Positions 1-13,075 are shown, numbered from the stretch's first letter. The stretch is 48,340 bases of DNA from Hyphochytrium catenoides (GCA_900088475.1 FLMG01000533.1:1-48340), one strand, 5' to 3'. The notes: generated by a model from the sequence alone, not told the origin. Numbers and translations: made by a program.

Positions 1-596
1 GAGAGAGAGAGAGAGAGAGAGAGAGAATAGGGAAGAGGGAGAGAGGACAAACGAGAGAGAGAGAGCGAAAGAGAGAGCGAAAGAGAGTGAGAGAAAAGGA
101 GAGAGGAAGAGAGCGGAAAAGGGGGAGAGGTGGGAGAGAGAAAAGATATAGGATTAAGAAAGAGAGAGAAGGAAGAAAGAGAGAAAGAAAGAAAAAGAGA
201 GGAAAGAGAGAAATAGGTAACAGGGAGGGGAGAGGAAGGAGAAGATCAGAGAGACAGAGTGGAAAACAATGTTGAGGAGCAGGGCAGGAAAACAAGAGCA
301 TAAGCGCCGGGATAAATTCTTGGAAGAGCGATTGCAAGTAACGAAACCAGAGAGAGAGAGACACAGAGAGAGAGAGAGAGAGAGACAAAGAGAGAGAGAG
401 AGTAGAAGAAGGATTGCTCCTGACGTTGAAATCCCGGCAACTCGCCAGTAGAGGCAAAGCGAAGGAGGATAAAAGGAGAGAGAGAAAGACTACAAAATGA
501 GAGACACAGAGAGAAGAGAGAAAGAGCGAGAGACCAAGAGAAACGCCAGAGAGAGAGAGACACACACAGAGAGACAGAGAGAGAGAGAGAGAGCAC

Positions 597-1200
597 CTCC
601 GAGGAAGTCGAGGAGGCTGTAACTCTGTGTTATGCCAGGGACGGCGAGAAGGTCTCTCAGGAACTCTTCCAGCTCTTTCTTTCTCTTTCCTATAAAATCT
701 TCGGACAGGTGCCCAGAACGGAGAAGGTGCTTGGAGGGAGGAGGAGGAAGAAAAGAGAAGAGAGAGTTTCCTGGAAGAGAGAGAGAGCGTGCGTATCAGG
801 AAGAGAAGAGAGAGAGAGAGAGAAGAAGAAGAGAGAGAGGAAGAAAGAGAGAGAAAGGGAGAAAAGAGGTGGGGGCCCGAGAGAGAAAAAAAAAGAAGGA
901 GAAAGGGGGAAAGGAAGAGATGGGGAGATAGAGGGAGAGAAAGAGGGAGTGGAAAGAGAGAGAGAGGGGGAAGAGGGAGAAATAGGGAGGTGCGTAGGGC
1001 GAGAAAGAGAGAGAGAAGCAGAGAGAGAGAGAGAGAATGATAGGGTAGATTAGAGTTAGAAAGAGAGTTATTGCTAAGGCAGGAAAACGGGAAGAGAGAG
1101 AGAAGAGCAAAGGAAAGAGCAAACGCAGGAGCTAAGCCAACAGGGAATAAAGGTACCCGAGAAAAGGGTGCAAAATTGCCACAACAAGAAAGAGATAAGG

Positions 1201-1232
<32 letters not shown>

Positions 1233-2485
1233 GCAAAAACCTCCATGTTTCTTTTTCTCTTCCATCTCTTCATGCAGCCGTTGGCTCAGCCGGAGAAAGT
1301 CACTGAAGCGGCGAAGAATCTGCCAGCGCAGATCTCCATAGAAAACACTGATGATGTAGGTCTGGGAGGGAGAACGATAATATGAGAGAGAGAAAAAGAG
1401 AGAGAGAAAGAAAGAGAAAAGAAAAGAGAATGTGTCGAAGAAAGAATAAAAAAAAAGGAAGAGACAACAGACAGAGAGAGAGGGTTTTCGACGACAGAGA
1501 GGGAAGCGTCAGTCAGACAGACGTGAGATACAAGTGTAGAACAGAGGCAGAATGGGGAGAGAGAAAGAGAGAAAGAAACGGAGAGAAGGGGAAGAGAGGA
1601 ACGCAGCCCTGACAGAGAGAGAGAAGAAGAGAGAGTTCCTGGGATGGTGAGAGACACATCAGGAGAACGGGAGAGAGAGGAGCAATTATTCGAGAGAGGG
1701 ATAGACAAAGAGAGAAAGAGAGAGGAGCTAAATGAGGNNNNNNNNNNNNNNNNNNNNNNNNNNNNNNNNNNNNNNNNNNNNNNNNNNNNNNNNNNNNNNN
1801 NNNNNNNNNNNNNNNNNNNNNNNNNNNNNNNNNNNNNNNNNNNNNNNNNNNNNNTTTCCGTGAGGCTGCTTGTGTCCTGCTGCGTGCCTTCCACTTGACA
1901 GCTCAACAGTTCCACTGGAGCCTCCCGGACAGGCAGGAGAGAGACAGAGAGTAGCTGATGGAGGTATAGATGTTTATGAAGAGAAAGGTAGCGGAGAGAG
2001 AGAGTCAAAAGAGTAAGTAAGAGAGACCGTTAAAAGGAGAGACAGACAGACAGACAGAGAGAAAGAGGGAGAGAGAGAGAGAGAAAGAGAGAGAGAGAAA
2101 GAGGGAGAGAGAGAGAGAGAGAGAGAAAGGGAGGGAGAGAGAGAGAGGGAGAAGAAGAGAGAGAAAGAGAAAGAGAGAGAGAGAGGGAGGAGGAGAGAGA
2201 GAAAGAAAGAGAGAGAGAGATTGGAAGTGACAATGAGAGAGAGAGCAAGAAAGAGAGAGAGTGCACATCAAAATGGGAGGGAGGAAGAGAGTGCGTGTTT
2301 CGAAATATAGCGCAAGAAAGACCGTCACAGAGAGGGGGAGAGAGAGAGAAAGAGAGGAAGGACCGAGAGAGAGAAACATCAAAGATAGGGACAGTGTGGA
2401 TGCGAGAGAACAGAGGGTCACATGCGAGAGACAGCAGGAAATAGTAGAGAAGTAAGAAGCCTGAACCCAAACGTAAAAAGAAAAA

Positions 2486-2539
<54 letters not shown>

Positions 2540-3115
2540 GGGAGAGAGTGAGAGAGAGAGAGGAGAGAGAGAGAGAGTGAGCGAGAGAGAGAGATCACCT
2601 GGAGAACGCTGTCTCCTGCCAGATATTCGCTCAAACTTTTCAATTCATCCACCAACCATACAACTGAACATGAGGAGAAGAGGAGGGAGAGCAGACTCAG
2701 AGAGGAGAGAATGGACGAGAGAGAAAGAGGGAGAGAGAGAGAGAGAAGGTAAAAACGAGGCAGAAGTAAAGAGAGAGAGAAGAGAGAGGTAGATAGAGAA
2801 GAAACAGCAGATCAGAGAGAGAGAGGAGAGAACTAAAAATCAAGGAAGAGCAGAGAGAGAACTTTGAGAGATTAAACGTGAAAGGAAATAGAAGGAGAAA
2901 GAGCGGCATTGCAGGATAAAGAGCGACGTAGAAGAAAGAGAGAGGATGAAGGAGAGAGGAAGAAAGGGAGAGAACGGGCAGAGAGAAACAAGCGAGAAGT
3001 AGATTTTTAAGGTTGTGGACCGGCAAAGACAAAGAGATAGGAGGAGGAACGAAAGGAAGAGAGACAGAAAAAGAGAGAGACACTGAGAGAGAGAGAAAAA
3101 AAGAGAAAGACAAGA

Positions 3116-3150
<35 letters not shown>

Positions 3151-3734
3151 CTAACATTTCTCTTTTTGAACTGTAAGTCTCAGACAACATCCATCAGGAC
3201 CCTCCCTGAGAAGTTTCTCCAAGGTTTCTCCTCTCTCCCCCTTGGTAGAGCATGCAGAAGGAGAGAGAGAAGGGGAGAAAGTGGGAGAGACAGAAGAGAG
3301 AGACACAGGAGGTGCAGGAGGTGCAGAAGAAGAGAGAGAGAGTGGCGGAGGACGAAGAGAGAGAGAGACAGCGCGGGGTGGAGGAACAGGAGGAGAATCT
3401 GGGAGAGAAAGGGAAACAAGGGGCAGAGGAGGAGGGAGAGAAGGTACTGATGTCGGCGAGGGAGAGGAAGATTCACCAGGAGAAGAAACAGAAGCAGAAG
3501 GGAGTACTGCAGGAGAGAGAGAGGAGAGAGAGGGAGAGAGAGAGGGAGAGAGAGGGAGAGAGAGTGGGACATATCGTGCCCTGAGGGAGTCAAATATCTT
3601 CTCTTTGATGCGATGGATGGGAGTGGCGGAGAACTCTTCCTCTTCTATGGGAAGATTGACCAGGGGACTGAGGAAGGAGAGAGAGTGGGAGAGAGTGAGG
3701 CGAGGTAGAGAGTGAGGACGAGGTAGACAGAAAG

Positions 3735-3789
<55 letters not shown>

Positions 3790-5532
3790 GAGAAAAGAGA
3801 GAGAACGAGAGAGAACGATAGCAAGAGAAAGAGAGAGGGGAGAAAAGGAGAGAAATAGAGAATAAAAGAGAGAGAGTTAGTAGAAGGCAGACAAAGACAC
3901 CGTTTCTCTTTCTCTCTCTTTTGTTTCTTCCTAAGAAGGATCTTCTTGGGTCTCTCCTAGTTCCTTTGTTTTCCCTTCTCTTTCTCCCTCTCTCTCACTT
4001 TCATCCCTTCTTTTTGCTCTCTGTCTCTGTGCATGACCATCCTGGTAAGGATTCTCTTACCTTTGTTCCCCTTCTCTTCCTCGTACTTGAAGAATCCTGA
4101 GAGGTTTGACCTTGGATTGTCGTTTCTCTCTCTCTCCCTTCTCCTCTTCTCTCTCTCTCTTCTCCTCTTCTGTCGCTTGTGTTCCTCCTTCGTCGCTCTC
4201 CTCTGTCTCGCTGTCACTTAAACTTATTCTAAGAAAGCCTAATGAAGAGAAGAGAGAGTGTGGGAGTGAGAGAAGAGAGAGAAGAGAGAACGAGAGAGGG
4301 TGAGAGAGAGAGAGAGAACAGAGGAAATAAAGAAAAAGAACAAGGGGAAAAGATGAATGGGAATAGGCGGGCCGACACATCTTCAGAAAGAAAGAGAGAG
4401 AGAACAATATGAGAGGAAAGCCGAAGAGAAAAAAGTGAGAGAGTGCTCGAGAAAGGAGAGAGACACAAGATAGGAGATGAGATGAGATGCCAGGAGAGAC
4501 AGACAAACAACAAGAAGAGAAAGGAAGTGAGAGAACAGAAGTCTAACCCTCAGCTTCCTCTGTTCGGGGCTTTAACCACATTTTTGGAGAGAGAAGAAAG
4601 CGTACGGTGTCATTCGTATTCTTTTCTCTTTTTTCTCTCTCTCTTTTAGCCTTTTCCTCCATCGCCATATATCTCTGCCTCGCAGCTTCGATTGCGCCAA
4701 TCCAGGACTGGACATCATCCTGGACATACAGAAAAGAGAGAGAAGGTAAGAGAGAGAGACAGAAGAAGGTGGCAGAGAGAGAGAGAAAGAAAGAGAGAGA
4801 GGGGAGAGATACCAAGGAGGAGCGTTACAAGTTGAGAGAGTGATGCGGCCGGGAAGGGAAAAAAAGACACGAAGAGAGAAACAGGCAGATAGACAGACAG
4901 ACAGAGGCATCCACGGAAAGAAACAGAGAGAGAGAGAGAGAGAGTTGGAATTGTTCTAAAAAGTACTCGGTCAAAAGAGAGAGAGAGATTCTATTGAAAG
5001 ATTGCGGTCAGTACCTCCTCTCCCGCAAAGAGAAACCTCTGTTGAGCGGTAACAACTTCAAAGTATCTGCGGGAACTTCGAGGGGCCGGGGACGTCTCTC
5101 TCTCTGCTTCTCTTTCTCTCTCTCTTTCTCTTTCTTCTGGCCCAGCGTCTTCTCTTCCCTCCCGGCTCTGATTCTCTGTAACTGGAGAGAGAAGAGGAAC
5201 AATCTCTCTCACGTTGGCCAAATGTATGGAATGGGGAGCCTGCGGAGATGAAAACGGCTGTCAAATATGCATTCTCTCTCTCTCTCTGTCTCTCCTTTTC
5301 TTCCTCTGTTCTCTTGTCCTGTTCTCTCTCTCCTAAAAAGAGAACAAGCTGCCGTTGTCTCTCTCCAGCTAACTTCATTCTCTTTCTCCTATCTCTCGCA
5401 CCTTATCTAGCAAATCTATCGGGCTTTTATTGTCTCATCCTTATCTTTCTCTATTCTTACTCTTTCTCTCTCTCCTTATGCCCTTCTCCTCTCTGTAAGG
5501 TCTCTCTCTTTCTCTGACTCTCTTTCTCTCTG

Positions 5533-5578
<46 letters not shown>

Positions 5579-5986
5579 NNNNNNNNNNNNNNNNNNNNNN
5601 GGGGGGGGGAGAGAGAGAGAAAAGAGAGAGAGAGAGAGAGAGGAGAGAGGAGAAGAGAGAGAAAAGGAGAGGAGAGAAAAAAGAGAGACAGTGAGGGAGA
5701 TTATTAGAGACAGAGAGGGAAAGATGAGGATGAAGCTCACTATCTGCCTCTCTTTCTCTCTCTTTTTCTCTTCCCCTTATCCTATCCTCTCTCTCTCCCT
5801 CTGCCTCCTTCTCTATTTCTATATAAATCTATGTCTCTCCGCATGACTTTCTCCTCTCTTCTACTTATATCTTTCTCACTCTCTCTTATCTCTCTCCTTC
5901 TCTTATCTCTCTTCTTCTTCTGTCTAGTCCTCTCTCTTGCCTGGCCACTCCTCTTACCTTCTTTGATAGCACACCGCGCTTGACCA
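597..5986 (-). CDS. Multi-exon PH-domain + PX-domain protein (partial; 5' end probably in the N gap near 6171-6289, 3' end probably beyond or near the left edge)
   Basis: AG/GT-bounded exons read by eye. 5958-5986 VKRGVLSKK (PH beta1). 5015-5239 APHSIHLANVREIV...YFEVVTAQQRFLFAGEE. 4548-4719 DDVQSWIGAIEAAR (PH C-terminal helix with conserved W). 4061-4238. ~3157-3667 (Pro/Ser-rich). 2599-2663. ~1855-1990. 1241-1361 TYIISVFYGDLRWQILRRFSDFLRLSQRL (PX RR(Y/F)SDF motif). 597-770 LPPPPSK...EDFIGKRKKELEEFLRDLLAVPGITQSYSLLDFLG (PX C-terminal half). Confidence 0.8.
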
Positions 5987-6046
5987 CTGCGGTAGAGAGA
6001 GAGGAAGAATGAGCCATTAGACAAGCTCTCTCTCTTTCTCTCTCCT

Positions 6047-6078
<32 letters not shown>

Positions 6079-6526
6079 TCTTGTTCTATTGCTCTTTCCC
6101 TCTGTCTGCTTCTCCCCCTTGTGTTCCTCTCTTTTCAAAGAAGCTCAGCCGTTTGGGCCCAGACCATCAANNNNNNNNNNNNNNNNNNNNNNNNNNNNNN
6201 NNNNNNNNNNNNNNNNNNNNNNNNNNNNNNNNNNNNNNNNNNNNNNNNNNNNNNNNNNNNNNNNNNNNNNNNNNNNNNNNNNNNNNNNNCACCTCTCCCG
6301 TTTTCCCTCTCCTGTCTTTCTCTCTGCTTTTTGGCTTGCCAACAATGAAAAGACAGAAAGCGGAGCGGAGGTCAAGGAGGAGAGGGCTGATGGAGAGAGA
6401 GGAAAGACGAGAACCGATGGACCGACTTAGCCCACATTGAGATATAGATCCGAGAAAGAGCTGGCGTAGTTAAAGGGGTAGAGAGAGAGGGGGAGAGAGC
6501 GAGCGAGAGAGAGAGAGAGAGAGAAG

Positions 6527-6557
<31 letters not shown>

Positions 6558-6571
6558 GAGCGAGAGAGTAG

Positions 6572-6754
6572 ATGAGCCATCATAAGATTCTTGCAGCAAA
6601 TAACGGACAGAATGACCCCCATACTGATCAAGAATATCAGATTCCTGAATTACGTATCAAACAGCGGAAGCTGCGGGTTATTGCGGACAAAGCAGCCCAG
6701 TTTAGGAATTGGTATGACTACTTTTGTAAGAGAAGAAAGACTGTCTTCCTGCTT

Positions 6755-6789
<35 letters not shown>

Positions 6790-7138
6790 CTCTATGACTT
6801 CGTATTCTGTGTCTTCTTTCTTTCCTTCCTCTTATCTATTCTTTCACGCCTCTCTCTCTCCGTCTGGGGCTGCTATGGCTTCTCCCTCATGTAGTCTCTT
6901 TCTCTCTCCTACGATCTCTACCATGTTGTCCGTGGTCCAGGAAGAAGAGAGACGGCTCAACATTAAATGGAGAGAAGAGACAAGAGACGGCCGTCAAGAC
7001 AGAGTGAAGAGAGAGAAAGAGAGAGTGAATGAGAAAGAAAGTGATAGAGCTTGCCGGCGAAAGAGGAAAGGGGAAGGGAAAAATAGAGAGAGAGAGAGGT
7101 ACACAGAGAGAGAGAAGACAGAGAGAGAAAGAGAATGA
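6572..7138 (+). CDS. Possible small two-exon hypothetical protein
   Basis: Non-repetitive island 6572-6725 starting with ATG and ending at a strong donor (TTT|GTAAG). It is followed by a CT-rich intron-like tract, an acceptor CCAG| near 6940 and AATAAA near 7173. The reading frame is ambiguous and no family is recognised. Confidence 0.35.
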
Positions 7139-7320
7139 GAGGGGAAGATTAAACTGGGAACCTTCTGTTTCCAATAAATATACTGTTCAGGCTTGTGAAG
7201 CCTGCCTCCTCTTCACACTCTTTTCCTAGGAAGTACCCATCATTCTCTTTTCTGTGTCAGCTCTCTCTCTTCTTTCTTTCTTTTTCTCTCTCTCTCTCTC
7301 TCTTTCTTTTTTCCTCGGTG

Positions 7321-7471
7321 TTATGATTTCTGTTGCTTTCCCTTCCTTCGATCGTCGACGATCTGTTCCACGCTCTTCACTCTCGAGCTTTGGATGCGGA
7401 AGGTTGGGACCACAGTGCCGCCACAGGAACAGCTGCAGAACAATGAAGAGAGAGAGAGAGGGAGAGAGAGG

Positions 7472-7515
<44 letters not shown>

Positions 7516-7769
7516 TAGACAGACAGATGGCAAAGGAGTTAGTCAAACGGCGACTGGAAAGTTACAGATGGACGGGTAAGAAGAGCAAGAGAAACGGAGG
7601 GAGAGAGAAAGAGACATGGGAACAGACGGAATGGAGAGAAGCGAACGTGACAAGGTAGAGAGAAGAAGAGCCCGAGAAAGTAGAGAGAAGAAAGAGAGAG
7701 AGAGGAAGAGAGGGCAAGAAGTAGCCTTCACTGAGGGGGGAAGAGAGGGGAGAAAAGGGATATCGACAT

Positions 7770-7817
<48 letters not shown>

Positions 7818-8004
7818 TGATTCCCTTCCAGTCCCACTGCCCTAGCTGTTGCGCGCATCTCTGGTTGGAGCAGAGCAAGTTCCCTCTCTCCTGCTCGAGC
7901 AGCCCCATCCAAGGGAGAGGCTCCAGGTACACAAACTCACAAGGAAGAGAGAGAATGTGATGCTCGTCCGCCGCTGCCGCAGCCGCTAAATGGGACCTGA
8001 CCAC

Positions 8005-8045
<41 letters not shown>

Positions 8046-9306
8046 AGTGCAGCAGAGGTTCAGAAGATGAGAGAGAGAGGGAGAAAGAGAGAGGGAGGCA
8101 GACAGACAGAGTAGACAAAGAGAAAGAACAATAGTGAGACTGTCAGACATGCAGACGACAGAGAGAAAGAGAGACAAACAAGAGAGAGAGCACGCAAGAA
8201 GGAAGAGGAGAGAGGACATGAGAAAACCAGAGAGCAACGAGAAAAGCGGCGAAGAGAAACGGGTAAAGAGGCAGAAGCAGCGCGGAAGCGACCGAGAGAG
8301 GAAGAAGGGAAAGAGAGAGACACAAAGAGATATACAGAGAGAAACAGAGAATAGGGGAAGAGAGAGAGAGAGAGACAGAGACAGAGAGAGAGAGACAGAG
8401 AGAGAAAGAAACCCGATTGGTCGAAGTGGGCGGTCCTTACTTGTGCGAATCACTACTATTTTCCTCTAACACATGCATCTTCGCCAGCCACCGGCGCCGC
8501 TCAGCTGCAGCGGGGGCGAGAGAGCGAGCAGAGAAAGAGAGAGAGAGAAGGCGGAGGTGGGAGGGAGAGCAAGAGAGAGAAGAGACAACGTACATATTAG
8601 CGGGGGTCTTGTATGCACAAATCGCGGTAGAGGAGAGAGCGAGCCGGAAAGTTAAGTGAGAGAGAGAGGAGCAGAGAGAGGAAAAACGAAAGGGAGAGAG
8701 AAAGGAGAAAAGAGGGCAGAAGCACTAAGAAGCAGAATCACCAGGATAAGCTCTTCTCTCTCCACTATCTTCTCTCTCTCTCTTTATTTCTCTCCTTCGA
8801 CCTCTCTCTCCACTTATAGTTTCCTCGTCAGCCTCACCTGACCAGGGACGGTCTCTGGTTCCTGGAGTGAGAGGAAGGGGAGAGCCCAGGAGAGACTCTC
8901 CCTCATGCGAATTTGACCGGTAGAACCGAGTTTTTGCACTGGAAACCTCTGGAACTGCGTCTGATGAAACGCGTCCAAATGTTATGAGAGAGAGAGAGAG
9001 TAGTGACAAAGAAAGAGAAGAGGAGAGACATAGAAAGATGGGAGGATGAGAAACAAGACGAAGAGACAGAGAATGAGAGAGAGAGAGAGAGAGAGAGAGT
9101 GAGGGCAGCAAGGCTGGTATGAGAACACGGATATTACTCGCCACGATAAAGAACTTTGAAAGAGTGAAGAGGGAGGACAGAGACAGAGACATGCTCCGGA
9201 CAAAGAGAGAAGGGAGACAAGGACGGGAGATGGGAGAGAGACCTAGGTAGGAGGATAATCTAGGAGAATGCCATGGAAAATTTGAGAGAGAGAAAGAAAA
9301 AGAGAT

Positions 9307-9338
<32 letters not shown>

Positions 9339-11401
9339 TCTTTTCGTTACCAAGACGCTTGGAGTCTCTCCTCTGTTCTACGACTGAAGACCGCCGGGCA
9401 GCTTCTTCGTCCTTCGAAGAGAAAAAAGGAGTGTTTTGCTTCCGAATCCCTCTCTTCTGCTTCGTTTCCTCGATCTGAAGCATCGCAGCTTCTCGTACAA
9501 GAGAGAAGCACAAGAGAGAGAGAAAGATAGGGAGAGAGAGAAACAAAGAGAGAACAGTATGGTGGCGAAAGGGGGACATGTGGAGAGAAATACAGGGAAA
9601 GAAATAAGTCAGAGAATGTCAGCGATGAAGTAGGAGAAAGAGAGGAGAAGAGAGTGAAAGAGGAATGAGAAAGAAGTGAGTCGCAGCACCAACAGAAGAC
9701 TATGAAGCTAGAAATCTGGCAGGAGAGACAGATCTGCGGAAAGAAAATAAGGCGATCTCTCTCTCTCTTTTATCTAACAGGGGGGAGAAGGTTGAACCCT
9801 CGTAGGAAAGGGAGAAGAGGGAGAGAGACAGAGAGAGACGGAGAAACAGAGAGAGAGAGACCGAGACAGAGAAGAGAGAGAGGTCGGGAGGAAGATAAAG
9901 AGGATGACTACGCACCAGATTCAACCGCGTTCTCCGCTCTGTCTTGTCCTCTAGGCTCTGTCTCAATGACATCTAAATTCAGCTCGAGAGTGCTCTTTCC
10001 TCCTGTGTCTGTCTCTCCTTTCTTGCTCGTCTCCCTCTCTTTGTTTCTCTCCCTCTCCTCTTCTTTGTCTAAAGTCCTAAAGGTGGCTCGATGGCCGCCA
10101 CGACGCCTGCTTGGCCAGAGAGAGAGAAAGAGAGAGAAAAGAGAAGGACAACGTGAGAACAAGAGCCTAGACAGAGACTTGCACAAGAAGAGAGGGCGGA
10201 AGAGAGCTTGAGAGAAGTGAGAGAGCGAGAACAGGAGACCAGGAGAAAGGTGTAAGGCGAGGGAGAGAGGAGGAGGAGGGAAGAGAGAGAGAGAGAGAAA
10301 GAGAGAGAGACAGAGACAAAGAGAGAGAGAGGGGGGGAGAGAGAAAGAGAGGAGACGAGAGAGAGAGGCGAGAAGCGGGACATTCAAAATCGAGGAACGG
10401 AGAGAATGAGAGGAGTACAGAAAGGGTAACAGGAAGTTTTGGAAGAAAAGTCTAAGAAAAGAAGAAATTGAGAGAACAGCCGGATGTAGAGAGAGATACA
10501 CAGAGAGAGAGAGAGAAAAAGAAAGAACGATAGCGAGAAGAGAAAGGAGAGAGAGAGAGAAACACTGGATCTGATCGACCGTGACGCTGGTGTGGGAGGC
10601 ACCATGGGCTGGGGATCTGAGGGCTCAACAGTGGGGCGGACGCGGATGTCGATGGACTCACAAGGGACCGGAGGCGCCTCAGAAGGAGCAGCACCCGCGG
10701 TGGAAGAGAGAGAGAGAGAGAGAGACCGCGAGGATGCACTTCGGCTGCCCCAGGAAGAGCCAGCCTGCAATAGAAAGAAGAAGGAGAAGAGTCTCTTTAA
10801 TGGATATGTGGGAGAAGAGACAAGGATCTTGGATCACAGAGGCGAACGGGAGAAAGAAAGAATTCAAGAGATAGGTCTCAGAAAGAGAAGAGAGAGAGAA
10901 ACGGCCGAGGCTCTACCCGCGGGACAGAGGAAATGATAGATAACGGAAGTAAAAGAGCGGATGAGAGAGAAAGGGAGAGAGAGAAAGAGAGAGAGAGAAA
11001 GGGCGGGACAGAGAGAGAGCGAGAGAGCGAGAGAAAGAGAGAGAAAGACAACGAGAGAGAGGGAAAGGGGGATGGAAAATGGGATGAGAGAAAGCATAGA
11101 GAGAGACGGCACAGAGACGCGAAGAGAGAAAGAGAGAGAGAGACGGCCAGGGAGTAGGAGACAAGAAAGAGATGTTGCCTTTCTTACCATCTTCATCTCA
11201 GCTTTTCTCAGCATCATCTGGTCGACTTCCTCCCTCGCTCTCTTCCATTCCTCAGCCTCTCTCTCTCCCTGTTCGTCTCCCTGTTCCGTGTGCTTGATAA
11301 TGTTGGCAGTGCAGAAGAGATCGGTGCCGCAGCACCGACAGCAGAAGAGAGTCCCCATCCCTCTCAGAGGAGGGATAACCTGAGAAGCAAAGGAGATGAG
11401 G

Positions 11402-11434
<33 letters not shown>

Positions 11435-12156
11435 TCACTGAACCCATGCCCTAATGCTGCCATTTTGGTTTCTGTTATTGGAAGAGTGGTGCACGCTTTT
11501 CATTGACCCTCAAGACAATGTTCTCTCTCTTCTCTGTGTCGCTTTTTCTCCCTGCTTTTTCCTCTCCGTCCCTGTCTCTCTCTAGCATCGCTCTCTCTCT
11601 CCTATCTCCACGTTATGCTCGCTCTTCTGCTTTCTACTTTGCTCCAGCCTCTCTCTTTCTGCTGCTCCTCTTTCTTCCTTTCTTCAGTCTTGGCCATCGC
11701 GTTCCGTTTGTTTCTTCTCTTTCTCTCTCTCTCTGTCTCTCTCTCTCACTCTACCCCTCCTCTCTCTCTTTTTTACTCTCTTTCACGCTCAACCTCTGTT
11801 TCTCTGTTCTCTCCTCCCCCACACCCCTCTTTCCTCTTTCTCTCTCTCTCTCTCTCTCTCTCTATTTCAAGAAGGCCTCTGTACTCAGTCTCTGTTCTCT
11901 CCTCTGTCCCTGGTCCTACCTCAACAGATGGCGAGCCTGGTCTTGTGAGGCGCAGTCTCGAGGGAGACGTCGGTCTGTTCCCTGCACCGCTGGGACTCTT
12001 GATGTCATTGTAACTGTATGACCCTCCTGGTGGAAGAGAGAGAGAGAGGGAGAGAGAGAGGAGAGAGAGCGAGTGAGAGAGGAGACAGAAAAAGAGAAAG
12101 AGAGAGACAGAGAGTGCAAGACAGAGAGAGAGGAAAAAGAGAACGGGGGCGGGAGA

Positions 12157-12229
<73 letters not shown>

Positions 12230-12616
12230 AAAAGAATAGACGCAGAGAGAAAGCCAGGGTCGAAAAAGAGCCATTACAGAGACAGAGGGGCAACGCAAGA
12301 GAGAGAGGAGAGACACAGACGCATAGAGAGAGAGAGACAAACGTAGGGAGCGAGAGGAAAGAGGGAGCAGAGAGACACATACAGAGAGAGGGAGACAAAG
12401 GAAGGGGAGAGAGAGAGATTGTGAGGGTCGCAGTTACCTCTCTCCCTGAGCACGGCCATGGTGATAATCCTCTGCCGCAGCATCAGCTGGTGCGCCTTGA
12501 ACACATCGCAGCCAGCCTAACATAGAGACCGGGGAAGAGAAAGTGACCAAGGGTGCAGGAGGAGAAAGAGGCATTCTCTCCTTTCTGTCCTCCCAGCTCA
12601 CCTCTTTCTTTCCTTC

Positions 12617-12662
<46 letters not shown>

Positions 12663-13027
12663 CTCGCCTGCCTCCTCTTCCCCTTCTTCCTCCTCTGCCG
12701 CAGCGTCCACGGCGACAGCCAGATCTGCTTTTTAGTAGTGAAGTCTCTCTCAGTCCAAAGTCTATGCTCTCATCTCTCTCTTGCTGTCCCTTTCTCTTTC
12801 CCGTGTATATCTCTCCGTCTGGGTACCTGTCTCTCCCACATTCTCTCTGCTCCTCTCCCCTCTCTCTATCTCTCTCGGCTCTTCCTCTCCGTGTCTTACT
12901 CTCTCTCTCTCTCCCTTCTTCTCTCTGTTTCGCTCGATGTCTCCCTTTCGGTTTCCTCTCTCTCTTTTCTCTCTCTCCGTTCCATTCTCTCTCCTCTCTC
13001 CCGTCTGCCCTCCGGCGTCCCTCTATA

Positions 13028-13075
<48 letters not shown>

